Below, in pieces: positions 24,800 to 38,689 of a DNA stretch of 64,000 bases; within the stretch, counting starts at the first letter, position 1; the number at the start of each line of letters is the position of its first letter. This DNA comes from Octopus bimaculoides. Taxonomy: Eukaryota. The notes beneath the pieces were generated by a model. It saw nothing but the letters and a program-made list of their open reading frames with translations, ran no database searches and was not told the DNA's origin. The stretch lies in NCBI RefSeq assembly GCF_001194135.2, contig NC_069008.1, forward strand, positions 12,671,911-12,735,910, read 5' to 3'. The position numbers and the translations under genes are program-made.

Positions 24800-25070
24800 C
24801 TGCTAGTGTAGTGGTGAAGACATGTGTAGACTGGAGAGAAATGAAGGTAGTATGTGCAACATCAGTGTATATGTATGGCAAAGTGCAAATGTATTGAGGG
24901 AAAAGTTGGGCATAAGAGGAATCAAATGTAGCATGCAAGAGAGAAGATTACGCTGGTTTGGATGTGTGGTGTGTATGAATGAGGACAGCTGCATAAAGAT
25001 GTGCTGATCATTGAAAGTGGATGAAACCTATGAAAGAGGGAGTCCCAAGAAGACGTGAGAGGATTATGAA
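24800..25070 (+). mobile_element. RTE-LINE ORF C-terminal fragment
   Basis: RLERNEGSM...LREKLGIRGIKCSMQERRLRWFGCVVCMNEDSCIK. Confidence 0.8.
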
Positions 25071-25110
25071 ATGGAGTAGAGGAGCAGTTATCGTTAAATC
25101 AGAGGGGAAT

Positions 25111-25483
25111 TGTTGGCACTCTGTCGCTTACGACGCTGAGGGTTCCAGTTGATCCTATCAACGGAACAGCCTGCTCGTGAAATTAACGTGCAAGTGGCTG
25201 AGCACTCCAGAGACACGTGTACCCTTAATGTAGTTCTTGGGGAGATCCAGTGTGACAAGGCTGGCCCTTTGAATTACAGGCACAACAGAAACAGGAAGAA
25301 AGAGTGAGAGAAAGTTGTGGTGGAAGAATACAACAGGATTCGCCACCATCCTCTGCCGGAGCCTTGTGAAGCTTTTAGGTGTTTTCGCTCAATAAACACT
25401 CACAACGTCCGGTCTGGGAATCGAAATCGCGATCCTATAACTGCGAGTCCGCTGCCCTAACCACTGGGCCATTGCGCCTCCAC
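25111..25483 (-). mobile_element. tRNA-derived SINE family A, copy 1
   Basis: Head GGAGGCGCAATGGCCCAGTGGTTAGGGCAGCGGAC...TTCGATTCCC and (AAC)n tail. Imperfect 11-bp TSD CAGAGGGGAAT / CAGAGTGGAGT. Confidence 0.85.
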
Positions 25484-25499
25484 CAGAGTGGAGTATAGA

Positions 25500-25840
25500 G
25501 GAAGGAAAATGACCGGAAAGGAGAGAGTGACGTCAGGAATGGACAGGAAGAACCACGAAAGGATGTCACGTCAGCAACGCGGTTAATTCGTCTGCTAGAA
25601 GCGGTCGTAGAAAAGGAATAATGTTAAGTAGACTTTGTTAAAACAATCATATGAAAATTTGAAATGGGACAAAGAAAATAACTGGAACGAAACGAACAAG
25701 TCAGTAGCGCCATTTATCGGAGAATTGAATAAACGAATTACATCAAGGGAAATAACTTATACAACACTGCAATTAAATTACTAATTAGTGTGATTTATAA
25801 CCGATCACTGAAGCGTTGTTTATATCGGAATACGGTAAGT
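25500..25840 (+). promoter_or_regulatory. Candidate promoter and first exon of ZNF-4
   Basis: CCGGAA (ETS-like) at 25513-25518, perfect CRE TGACGTCA at 25528-25535, TCACGTCA at 25566-25573, locally raised CpG, and consensus donor ACG|GTAAGT at 25835-25840. Confidence 0.4.
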
Positions 25841-26197
25841 TGACAAAGATTTACTTTAAGGCTGTTATGGTGTTGATAATGATAATAATGTAAATAATAG
25901 AATTATGTCAGCCTCTCGATGTTACAGTAATTATTTCGAAGCGATAACAACATTTGGAAAATATATTTCCTCGTCTTAACCCATAAAGCGCTGAGATTTG
26001 CACTTAGACAGCAAGGACTGCCGAGCACATTTTATGAAAATGAGACTACCATGTACACATAAAAAAACAAAAAATAGCTAAAATGTCTTCTTAGTATATT
26101 ATGATGGCAAGTTTTACATCATCCGAAAAGCCATTAGCTGAACTATTAGTCTTCTTGCATTCGTCTGGTGGGGCTATCGGAGTGTTTGAGTGAGATT

Positions 26198-26555
26198 GTT
26201 GTTGGCACTCCGTCGAGGGTTTCTGTTGATCCGATCAACGGAACAGCCTGCTCGTGAAATTAACGTGCAAGTGGCTGAGCACTCCACAGACACGTGTACC
26301 CTTATCGTAGTTCTCGGGGATATTCAGCGTGACACAGTGTGACAAGGCTGACCCTTTGAATTATAGGCACAACAGAAACAGGAAGTAAGAGTGAGAGAAA
26401 GTTGTGGTGGAAGAGTAGAGCAGGGTTTGCCACCATCCCCTGCCGGAGCCTCGTGGAGCTTTAGGTGTTTTCGCTCAATAAACACTCACAACGCCCGGTT
26501 TGGGAATCGAAACCGCGAGTCCGCTGCTCTAACCACTGGGCCATTGCGCCTCCAC
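26198..26555 (-). mobile_element. tRNA-derived SINE family A, copy 2 (5'-truncated copy at about 26820-26900)
   Basis: Same body as copy 1. 12-bp TSD TTGAGTGAGATT (26186-26197) / TTGAGTGACATT (26556-26567). Confidence 0.9.
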
Positions 26556-27846
26556 TTGAGTGACATTAGACCCCAACAAACGCTCATAAATTAAATGCAG
26601 CTATCTCGGCCACAATCGTGGCTCGTCGTGCTTTATGTGTTAAATAATAACTTCTAAACTGAAATGTTGATCTGCTGTTTATGAAAAGCCATGATAGACT
26701 GTTACTTGTGATATAGACGAAATTAATTGGTAAAATGAGAGTAAAGCGGCGTAATTAATTAGAAATATAAGAGGAAACCGATTGAGGAATACCTCATTAA
26801 TTAATGATGTGCTGTTGTTTATTGTTGTTGTTGGCACTCCGTCGCTTACGACATCGAGGGTTCCAGTTGATCCGATCAACGGAACAGCCTGCTCGTGAAA
26901 TTTTTTTTACGGAATTTACCGAACGCTGTACCTTAACAGCTGGTTGATCAGCTGTTCTAGTTTGGCAGTTCTGCGAGTCATACCGAAGATAGCCAAAATG
27001 ACAATGATACTAATAATCTTTTCATAAAGATAATAATCTAACCTACTTTTGACCCGAAATTTGGCAGGAGGGCATAAGTCGATTACAAGAACCCCTCTGC
27101 TTTGTTGCTTCTTTTTTTTCTACCTGGAATTTATGAAAGTCGACCTGGGTGGAATTTGAACTTTGAGAGTAAAGACGTGTAGGGCACAGCCCATGGATTC
27201 ATAGTAGACGAAATGAAGAGAGGGACTTTCACTGCAGACTAGCTAGCAAGCTGGTCCACAGAGAAGGGACTTCAGTTTGGGCAGGAGAGGCGCCTGGAGA
27301 CTTAAATGGCTGATCGTACTCGCCCTGAAAGTGTGTCACCGATTGAAGCAAAATAAACAACACACCGACAAGCTGAATGATATACTGTTAAGCATTTTGT
27401 CCAGCATGCTAATGATTCTGCCTGTACATAATAGAACCCTTCGAAGTTACAGTAATCACATAGAAAGATTGAGAAAATATGTTCCCTCGTCTTAGATATA
27501 TGAAACATTGATTGTTTTTGAAAGGTATGAAGAAACAAATTTAGGGTGTAGGTATGCCAGTTTTTCAATGCCTCAATGAACTCCGACCCTTGCAGACATT
27601 GACATTAAGCGGATGACAGTGTTGATGCTGTAAAATGTTGAATTACTATGTCGTTTAATTATCCTCCTAATCTTAATGTTTCGTTTCCTTTTTCAGAATA
27701 TCACATCAAGTTGTCATAAAAGAAATTTCTTCAATCAAATGTGCCTTTGATATTTTTATCAACTTTCATCAAACTAAAGAAAGCCGATATATTTATAAGA
27801 AGCCTTCATCAATACATCAACCTCTTTATATAAATATTCTCTCATA

Positions 27847-29144
<1,298 letters not shown>

Positions 29145-30320
29145 TAGCTTGTCACACATATATTCACACAGGCCAGAAGCCAGATTGTTGTGATACCTGT
29201 GGTAAATTATTCACTAAAAATGTTGATGTAACTAATCACAATTGTATTCATCCTGGAGAAAAACCATATCACTGTGATATATGTGGCAAATTATTTTCTG
29301 ATGTCAGTTACTTAAAAAGACACAAATTTATTCAGACAAGAGAGAAGCCATATTGTGATATCTGTGGTAATCATTCTCTCAAATGAGTGCTTTGACTAGA
29401 CACAAACAGACATATACAGGAGAGAAGCCATAACCTGTGGTAATTCAGTTTTGAAAATGATGTTTTAACTATACATGAACATGTTCATACCAGAGAGAAA
29501 ATATGCATTGNNNNNNNNNNNNNNNNNNNNNNNNNNNNNNNNNNNNNNNNNNNNNNNNNNNNNNNNNNNNNNNNNNNNNNNNNNNNNNNNNNNNNNNNNN
29601 NNNNNNNNNNNNNNNNNNNNNNNNNNNNNNNNNNNNNNNNNNNNNNNNNNNNNNNNNNNNNNNNNNNNNNNNNNNNNNNNNNNNNNNNNNNNNNNNNNNN
29701 NNNNNNNNNNNNNNNNNNNNNNNNNNNNNNNNNNNNNNNNNNNNNNNNNNNNNNNNNNNNNNNNNNNNNNNNNNNNNNNNNNNNNNNNNNNNNNNNNNNN
29801 NNNNNNNNNNNNNNNNNNNNNNNNNNNNNNNNNNNNNNNNNNNNNNNNNNNNNNNNNNNNNNNNNNNNNNNNNNNNNNNNNNNNNNNNNNNNNNNNNNNN
29901 NNNNNNNNNNNNNNNNNNNNNNNNNNNNNNNNNNNNNNNNNNNNNNNNNNNNNNNNNNNNNNNNNNNNNNNNNNNNNNNNNNNNNNNNNNNNNNNNNNNN
30001 NNNNNNNNNNNNNNNNNNNNNNNNNNNNNNNNNNNNNNNNNNNNNNNNNNNNNNNNNNNNNNNNNNNNNNNNNNNNNNNNNNNNNNNNNNNNNNNNNNNN
30101 NNNNNNNNNNNNNNNNNNNNNNNNNNNNNNNNNNNNNNNNNNNNNNNNNNNNNNNNNNNNNNNNNNNNNNNNNNNNNNNNNNNNNNNNNNNNNNNNNNNN
30201 NNNNNNNNNNNNNNNNNNNNNNNATCCCCGTATTATCCTACGTAGATTGATGAAAAAAAAAATTCGGAAAAAGTTTTTTAAAAGTTTTAAAAAGTACCCT
30301 ACTTTAATTTCACATGAATT

Positions 30321-30684
30321 GTTGTTGTTGTTGTTGTAGGCACTCCGTCGCTTACGACGTCGAGGGTTCACAGCCTGCTCGTGAAATTAACGTGCAAGTG
30401 GCTGAGCACTCCACAGACATATGTACCCTTAACACAGTTCTCGGGGATATTCAGCGTGACACAGTGTGACAAGGCTGACCCTTTGAATTACAGGCACAAC
30501 AGAAACAGGAAGTAAGAGTGAGAGAACGTTGTGGTGGAAGAGTGCCACCATCCCCTGCCGGAGCCTCGTGGAGTTATAGGTGTATTCGCTCAATAAACAC
30601 TCACAACGCCCAGTCTGGGAATCGAAACCGCGATCCTATGACTGCGAGTCCGCTGCCCTAACCACTGGGTCATTGCGCCTCCAC
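30321..30684 (-). mobile_element. tRNA-derived SINE family A, copy 3
   Basis: Same body. Perfect 12-bp TSD TTCACATGAATT at 30309-30320 and 30685-30696. Confidence 0.9.
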
Positions 30685-32299
30685 TTCACATGAATTACTT
30701 TGTCATATTAACTGCAGGAAATTACTCTGAAAGATATCTTTGCAGAAAGGTGAGTAGATTAATTACATTATGTTATCGCAGTTTTGTGAGATTTAGCTGT
30801 TATTTCTAGCATGTAAATAGCCTGCTTGGTGAGGGGGCGGAATTGAAATTTTTCAATTGGGATTCCGTAAAAAAAATAAAAAATAAGGGGGGGAAGGTTC
30901 AGATTACATATAAGTACCAGTGAAACACTGGAGTTGATGTTATCAACTAGCCCCCTCCCCTAAAATGGTTGCCCTTGTTGCAAAATTTGAAACCATTATT
31001 TACACAACATTCTTGCAGTGTTAGATAAATCTTTCTCAATTTACTGTTTCACATAATNNNNNNNNNNNNNNNNNNNNNNNNNNNNNNNNNNNNNNNNNNN
31101 NNNNNNNNNNNNNNNNNNNNNNNNNNNNNNNNNNNNNNNNNNNNNNNNNNNNNNNNNNNNNNNNNNNNNNNNNNNNNNNNNNNNNNNNNNNNNNNNNNNN
31201 NNNNNNNNNNNNNNNNNNNNNNNNNNNNNNNNNNNNNNNNNNNNNNNNNNNNNNNNNNNNNNNNNNNNNNNNNNNNNNNNNNNNNNNNNNNNNNNNNNNN
31301 NNNNNNNNNNNNNNNNNNNNNNNNNNNNNNNNNNNNNNNNNNNNNNNNNNNNNNNNNNNNNNNNNNNNNNNNNNNNNNNNNNNNNNNNNNNNNNNNNNNN
31401 NNNNNNNNNNNNNNNNNNNNNNNNNNNNNNNNNNNNNTATTTATAAAAAAAAAATCGTGTGCATGTTATTTTTAACGTAAGTTTTCTTATGATGGCTTCT
31501 CTTTTCTGCGTATTACTTCATAAATCTACGGATGCACATACGCACATACTAGAGAAAAATGCGTGGACATTGGAATTAGACACTGAGGGAAAATGGCTGT
31601 AACTTTTTTATTTTTTAATTTTGACGATTTTCGTTTTCGATAATGTGTTCTATATGTCACGGTCATGCGATTCCCCCTAAAAAAAAATTTGGACCCCCCC
31701 TTCCCTCCCACACACACCTAACTCTAACCCTAACCAGATTTGGCTGTTATTTCTAGCATGTAAATAGCCTGCTTGGTGAGGGGGCGGAATTGAAATTTTT
31801 CAATTGGGATTCCGTAAAAAAAATAAAAAATAAGGGGGGGAAGGTTCAGATTACATATAAGTACCAGTGAAACACTGGAGTTGATGTTATCAACTAGCCC
31901 CCTCCCCTAAAATGGTTGCCCTTGTTGCAAAATTTGAAACCATTATTTACACAACATTCTTGCAGTGTTAGATAAATCTTTCTCAATTTACTGTTTCACA
32001 TAATTCAATTATTTACACAACATGATTGTAGCCTTAAAAATGTGCTGAATCATCATTACTGTGTCAGACAAAATACCGCTCAGCATTTTGTCCTGTCTTA
32101 ACATTCTGAGTTCAAATTCCATTGTTTGAGTTAGCTTTTCATCCTTTCAGTGTCAGTAAATAACTACCAGAGTAGCACTAGGGTTGATGTAATCAACTAG
32201 CCCCATCCCACCAAATTTCAGGTTTTGTGCCTATATTCTTTTCTACTCTAAGTACAAGGCCCGAAATTTGTTGATTAGATCTATCATGGTGTTTGAGTG

Positions 32300-32575
32300 G
32301 TTTTTTAAACCTGACACTGTTTTGAAAAGACACACCATAGATTGCATATCTGAGTTGGACCACCAAGAGCTGCAGTTAAGTTCTGATTTTTGTGGATCTG
32401 AAAATGTCTTTTGAGGCCTCCCTTAGATTTGAAGACTTCATGGCATACACAGCATTGACAGGTGTGCACAGATATATAGGCAGAGTAGTTAGTGGAGGTT
32501 CGTTTTTCATGGGTCTGCAAATGAGATTTGAGTCCAGCAAAAGAAAGGCATGATCTGTCACAAATTGTGCACACA
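32300..32575 (-). mobile_element. C-terminal C2H2-finger tail of an RTE-BovB-type LINE ORF
   Basis: CTICDRSCLSFAGLKSHLQTH and CCVCHEVFKSKGGLKRHFQIH, with no TGEKP linker. Matches the CxxCxRxCxSxxGLxSH pattern found at BovB-type ORF ends. Confidence 0.55.
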
Positions 32576-32649
32576 AAATGGTTGCTAAGATTCACCTTTG
32601 CAACACCTTTTAACATCCATTTCCCATGCTGGCATGGGTTGGACGGTTT

Positions 32650-33058
32650 GACCAGAGCTGCACTGGTTTGGTCATGTGATGTGGATGGATGTCAACAGCT
32701 CCTTATGGAGAAGTGCCGATCTCTCAAAGTGGATAGAACTTGTGGAAGAGGTAGATCCAGAAAGACATGGGACAAAGTACTAAAGGACAACCTCAAGACG
32801 GCGAACCTTTCAGACAAGATGACAAAGGACCGAGATACCTGATGCCTTGCTGTACTCAAGAGGACCAGTCCTCCACAGCAGAAGTGTTATGGCCACATCC
32901 CCTGGTGAAGAGGAATGGCCTACAAGAGTCCTGTGCTGGTACCACATAAAAAGTTCTTATTCCAGTGTCACATAAAGGCACTCATGCTGGTGCCATTTTA
33001 AAAGCACCCAGCACACACTGTAAAGTGATTAATTTTAGGAAGGGCATCCAGCCATAGA
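32650..33058 (+). mobile_element. RTE-LINE ORF end plus 3'UTR
   Basis: WFGHVMWMD...KCRSLKVDRTCGRGRSRKTWDKVLKDNL...MTKDRDT followed by the UTR (...GGAAGGGCATCCAGCC). Confidence 0.8.
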
Positions 33059-33410
33059 AAATTAATAATTAAAAGCACAATAAATAAGTATCCATTTAAT
33101 TCTAGTAATAAAATCCTGAAGTTTCAAAATATATTCCTTTCTAGATGGGATGAGGATATCCTTCAAAGAGGAATTCCAAAACAGTGGCTCTATCCTACCT
33201 GTAAATTCCATAATCAACGAAAATTGGAAGTTAAATACAAACAATAAACGTTAATTATAAATTGGAAAAAATAATAATATTAGGGATAAAATCCAAAATT
33301 ACATGTAAAAACTCAATTAAAATCAATTTATTAAAAATTAAAATTAAATTAAGTTTAGAATTAAATGGATTATATCATACTTATTTATTGTGCTTTTAAT
33401 TATTAATATT
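33059..33410 (-). mobile_element. Penelope-like element N-terminal remnant with inverted repeat
   Basis: SLKDILIPSRKEYILKLQDFITRIKW on the - strand. Inverted arms of about 45 bp at about 33059-33105 and 33353-33408. Confidence 0.5.
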
Positions 33411-33469
33411 TCTATATGTGACAATGGATTTTCATCGATGAGTTCATGAACCTTGGTTCTTTTCCCTAA

Positions 33470-33524
<55 letters not shown>

Positions 33525-35794
33525 CACACTCACACACACATGTATATGTCTGTACCTGCGAGTGTCTTTGTGTATTTGTGCATGGCCCTTGTGTTGAAAT
33601 TATGTGATGGTTGTAAACGAGTGTCATTGTCTTACAAGCAGTGTTGTTTGTTTCCAGTCTTCCATGATAAACATGTCTGGTTGTGAGAAAATAGAACTGT
33701 GCCTGGAAACAGGTGAAGTTTGGTGACAGGAAAGCTTTCCAGCCGTAGAAAATCTGCTACAGCACATTGCACATTAACCAATGCAAGCATTGTAAAGTGG
33801 ACATTAAAGGTTGACGATGGTGGCAGTGACAGCTCAGGAGCGACTGATCAAAATAAGCCAATTCCAATCATTTACTTTACAAAACTATAATATTGTAATG
33901 ATGGTCCAATTGGGAATCTTACAGTACATAGAATTTTTATATTTTCCCTTCCTGACGCTTCTAAATTTGTTAGAATTAATATAGGACTCCATATTACAAT
34001 CAATTTACTCAATTAGTAAATCTGTGTCCTTAGCATTATCACCATAACAATGTACTTATATATTATGATATATGTGCGTGGCCGTTGCCAGTACCGCCTG
34101 AGTGGCCTTAGTAGGATTTTCGAGCGAGATCGTTGCCAGTGCCCCTGGACTGGCTCTTGTGCGGGTGGCACATAAAATGCACCATTTTGAGCGTGGCCGT
34201 TGCCAGTACCGCCTGACTGGCCTTCATGCGAGTGACACGTAAAAGCACCCACTAGACTCTCTGAGTGGTTGGCGTTAGGAATGTCATCCAGTTGTAGAAA
34301 CTCTGCCAAATCAGATTGGAGCCTGGTGTAGCCATCTGGTTTCACCAGTTCTCAGTCAAATCGTCCAACCCATGCTAGCATGGAAAGCGGACGTTAAACG
34401 ATGATGATGGTGTCAGCATCTATGTGTATGTGAAAGTGAAGTGAGTAGCTTCTTCTTTTCTGTTGATATTTCATCATACACAAAACTGGATATTGACTGC
34501 AGACTGCCATTGATAAAGACCGACATAAAGCTTTCATTGAATCCATTGAAGCATGAAGTCATAGAAAAATAATATTTATCTTCTGTATTTAAGCATATAT
34601 AAATTTTAGTCAGTTAACTGCGACCATGCTGAAACACTGCCTTGTGCGGTTTTAATTGAGCAAATTGACCCCAGGTTTTATTTTTTAAGCCTAGTACTTA
34701 TTCTATCAATCTCTTGCTGAACTGCTAAGTTACAGGAACATAAACACATCAACACCTGTTGTCAAGCAGTAATGGAAGGGTAAGGACAGACACAGAGGCA
34801 CACACGAACGTGCATATATATATATATACGACAGGCTTCTGACAGTTCCTGTCAACCAAATCCATTCACAAGGCTTTGTTTGGCCAGAGGCTATAGCAGG
34901 AGACTCTTACCCAAGGTGCCACGCAGTGGGACTGAACCCAGAACCATGTGGTTGCAAAGCAAGCTTCCTACCACACAGCTACGGTTGTCATCATATAATA
35001 CCCTCTTCTATGTCCTCAGGGGTCAGACATGATTTGCTGAGGCAGATTTTATACAGTCTGACACCCTTCCTGCCCCTAGCCTTCACCTGTTTCCAAGTAA
35101 AGTAATATTTTCCATGAAGAGTCATTTTTCACAGAAGACTAGAAACAAACAATGTAGCTTGGATGTTGGTGAAGTTCATTGACTCACATGATGTCAAGAC
35201 AAGGCTACATTCAAGCATTAGCATACATATACAAAGGCTTTTCCCAAGGTGCCACGAGACTACATGGTAAGGTAACCATAGCCATGCCTGTTCTATGTAT
35301 TTATTTATCAACACTGCACACCTTGAAAGCTGAGTGAAGCAGTTCTATTGTCCAGGTAAATGTTTATTTCTACAGCTTATCTCTATAAATATACTAAAAT
35401 TTATTCTGTTGTATTTTATGTATCTCCTGTATCTTACACTGTTGTTTCTCTACTATTTCAGAATAACAAATGACACTGGCATCAAAGAATTATATACATC
35501 ATTTAAATCGGATATATTAGGGAGAAAGTTATATGGAACTCATGTAAGCCTCCTTATATAAATTTATTGTAAATTGCAGGCAAATATTTTTCCTGAACTG
35601 AGATTGATAACCATGATCATTTTCTTGGCTATCTGGAATGTGTACAAGGATGATTTTGCTTTTGAATTAAACTTGGATAGATTTAAACCAGTTTCCATAT
35701 TGACAGTGATCACAGTAGAAGAAATAATTACTGAGAATATATGTATATGAAAAGAAGATAAACATCTCTGAATTGTAATGAGAGAAGAAAATTA

Positions 35795-36805
35795 ATGTCG
35801 AACAAGAATAAGTTTGAATCAGAACCACAGTTTAAAAGTATTGATTTACATTGTGATATGAATAAAGAGAAAGGGAAAACATCAGACCACTGTGATATCT
35901 GTGGGAAATCATTCTCTGAAAGTTGTAACTTAATAACACACAAATACATTCATACAGATTTGAAATCATATCATTGTGATGTTTATGGTAAATCATTCTC
36001 TCAAAGCAGTCGCTTAACTGAACAAATACAAAGTCACAAAACAGAGAAACCATATCAGTGTGACATCTGTGGTAAATCATTCTCTTATAGAAATAACATA
36101 GCTGCCCACAAGCGTATTCATACAGGTGAGAAACCATATTGTTGTGATGTCTGTGGTAAATCATTTTCTCGAAATGGTCAATTAACTAGACACAAACAAA
36201 ATCATACAGGGGAGAAATTATATCGCTGTGATGTCTGTGGTAAATCATTCTCTCAAAGTGGTGACTTAACTGGACACAAACGAAGTCATACAGGAGAGAG
36301 ACCATATCAGTGTGATATCTGTGGTAAATCGTTCTTTCAAAATTATAAATTAACTACCCACAAACGGAGTCATACAGGAGAAAAACCGTATCTCTGTGAT
36401 ATCTGTGGTAGGTCATTCACTCAAAACGGTACTTTAACTGAACACAAACAAATCCATACAGGAAAGAAACTATATCACTGTGGTGTCTGTGGTAAATCAT
36501 TCTCTGTACATAAAGTCTTAACTAATCATATGCGTATTCATACAGGTGAGAAACCATATAAGTGTGATATCTGTGGTAAATCATTCTCTGTAAATAGTGT
36601 CTTAACCACACATAAACGTACTCATACAGGAGAGAAGCCATATCAGTGTGATATCTGTGCGAAATCATTCTCTCAAAGTGTTCATTTAACTAAGCACAAA
36701 CGTATTCACACAGGAGAAAAACCTTATTGCTGTGATATTTGTGGTAAATCATTCTCTCAAAGGATTCACTTAACAAGACATGTAGCTATTCATGTAGGAC
36801 AATAG
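35795..36805 (+). CDS. C2H2 zinc-finger protein (ZNF-5), 10 intact fingers plus 1 degenerate finger
   Basis: 336-aa ORF with TGEKP linkers. Acceptor TTTCAG ends at 35461. Shares the leader [18 protein letters not shown]. Confidence 0.92.
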   Translation: MSNKNKFESEPQFKSIDLHCDMNKEKGKTSDHCDICGKSFSESCNLITHKYIHTDLKSYHCDVYGKSFSQSSRLTEQIQSHKTEKPYQCDICGKSFSYRNNIAAHKRIHTGEKPYCCDVCGKSFSRNGQLTRHKQNHTGEKLYRCDVCGKSFSQSGDLTGHKRSHTGERPYQCDICGKSFFQNYKLTTHKRSHTGEKPYLCDICGRSFTQNGTLTEHKQIHTGKKLYHCGVCGKSFSVHKVLTNHMRIHTGEKPYKCDICGKSFSVNSVLTTHKRTHTGEKPYQCDICAKSFSQSVHLTKHKRIHTGEKPYCCDICGKSFSQRIHLTRHVAIHVGQ

Positions 36806-37464
36806 CTACATCAGTGTCATTATTGAGGCTGTCAAGGATAGTTTCAATAAATCTTGAATTGATCTTGTCTAATTTTTAATACAACTTTATTAGCCTTTAT
36901 TCCCTAAATTCATGCTAATGCCCTCTGTATCTTATCTTTCTTGGTTCCCCCTTTTTTGTTTACCATAAATTATCATCATCATTTACATCCATTTTTCATA
37001 ACAGCATGGGCTGAATGGTTCCACAAGATCCAGTGAGCTGTAAGGCAACATCAAGCTCCAGTGCCAGGCGTGGCATGGTTTCTATGCTATTCCTATCACC
37101 AACGACTTAACTATGTGTGATGGGTGCCTTTTAAGTGGCACTGGCACTAGAGAAGAAAGGAACAAGGAGGAAGGAAAGGGGGAAGGAAGATAAAAAAGAA
37201 GGAAGCTTCATCCTTGACTATAAGTGGGGAGGAGCGATAGATCTATGGCAGCTGTTGAAAGGCTAGAAGTACAAGTCAAGATGTCTACCTATCTACATTA
37301 TATATATATATATATATATAAGGTTATGAAGGGTATTGGATTCAACCAAACCCAAAGATACAGGTAATACCGAGTAAGTGCTGAATACCGGCTAGTTTTG
37401 CCCCTTTCATTGTATAAACATGAGTGGGGAATATAACATAGGTCGTGTATTAGTGTGTATGTAT

Positions 37465-37797
37465 AAAGAGAGAAAAGGATAAAGAGAACAATGGCAAAGT
37501 TAGAAATATATTTTATGGATAAAGTCTTACAGCTGTTTCAGGGAAAATCCANNNNNNNNNNTAGAAATATATTTTATGGATAAAGTCTTACAGCTGTTTC
37601 AGGGAAAATCCAATGTATCCCTTCATCAGAGACGGTAATAGTAGAGGAATGGATTATTATAACTATAAGAGGAGAGTTGTAGTAGGAAGTGAGAGTGATG
37701 CTACTATTACCGTCTCCGATGAAGGGATACATTGGATTTTCCCCGAAACAGCTGTAAGACTTTATCCATAAAATATATTTCTAACTTTTCTCTCTTT

Positions 37798-37800
<3 letters not shown>
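37465..37800. repeat. Inverted repeat (82-bp core arms, 2 mismatches, 57-bp spacer) containing two hammerhead-like motifs
   Basis: Arms at 37562-37643 and 37701-37782. Motifs at 37585-37633 (-) and 37712-37760 (+). Confidence 0.85.
37585..37633 (-). ncRNA. Minimal type I hammerhead ribozyme-like motif (palindromic helix III)
   Basis: GTCT-CTGATGA-AGGGA(loop)TCCCT-GAAA-CAGCTG-TA^AGAC: intact core, 5-bp helix II, 4-bp helix I, GUA cleavage triplet. Confidence 0.6.
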
Positions 37801-37831
<31 letters not shown>

Positions 37832-37858
37832 NNNNNNNNNNCTAACTTTTCTCTCTTT

Positions 37859-37895
<37 letters not shown>

Positions 37896-37903
37896 CATAC
37901 ATG

Positions 37904-38029
37904 CAGGGTGTCCACAAAGTCTGGGTACATGGGGATTAACACATGGGGTTTAAGAAATTATTTCTTATATTTAATTGTTTATGCTATGATTTTATTTACT
38001 CCATGTACCCAGACTTTGTGGACACCCTG
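37904..38029. mobile_element. Tc1/mariner-type MITE, 126 bp
   Basis: Perfect 29-bp TIR CAGGGTGTCCACAAAGTCTGGGTACATGG, flanked by TG / TA. Confidence 0.85.
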
Positions 38030-38689
38030 TATGTATGCAGCTACCTATCATATTAAATGATGATGATGATATATACACAAAGACTATATGTACACATCTG
38101 GTTTCACCAGTCCTCAGTCAAATCGTCCAACCCATGCTAGCATGGAAAGCGGACGTTAAACGATGATGATGATGATATATCATCTTCATGGCTGTCCCTC
38201 AAGGTCAAGGATGATGGGGTCTTCATGCATAATTATTTCCTTTCTTTGTGAATTACCCCCTTATCTATCGAATAAAAGGCAGAAGGGAGGATGATAAAAG
38301 ATGCTCCAGTGCGGGCAACGCTGAAGAAGACAGTGAAAGCGGTATTTTAATCTGCCTTTCGGATGATGATTTTTCCCTCCTCTCACCACCACTATTGTTC
38401 CTACACTGGAGAAGGAGGAAGAGAGGAATGAAAATATAAAGCAGAAAAACATTTGCACTGACACCACCACCACCACCAACAGCACCACCACAAACACTAA
38501 CAACAATGGCAACAAACCAGACAGTAACGGGTTCACCTCCATGGCAAAACAAACAAAAGAAGAACTCAATTTAACAATTGATGACATTAAAACTGTAAAG
38601 GATTTGTTAATGAAGGAGGGAAACAATGTCTTCTTTAACACCCCACAAAGAAATAATAAATGAAACAAACAGAAAAACAGTAATATTCA

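Noticed and set aside
25430-25483. tRNA genes (heads at 25483, 26555, 30684, 38965 and others)
   Set aside because: No complete cloverleaf or acceptor stem; they continue into SINE bodies with TSDs or tails.
30789-32004. 269-bp direct duplication (30789-31057 and 31736-32004)
   Set aside because: Near-identical copies flanking a gap; most likely contig overlap or uncollapsed haplotypes.
33420-33460. Third hammerhead-like motif in the Penelope remnant
   Set aside because: No intact CUGANGA core or consistent helices.
37501-37890. Short direct repeats beside the hammerhead fold-back
   Set aside because: Exact duplicates on either side of 10-N gaps, i.e. scaffolding overlaps.
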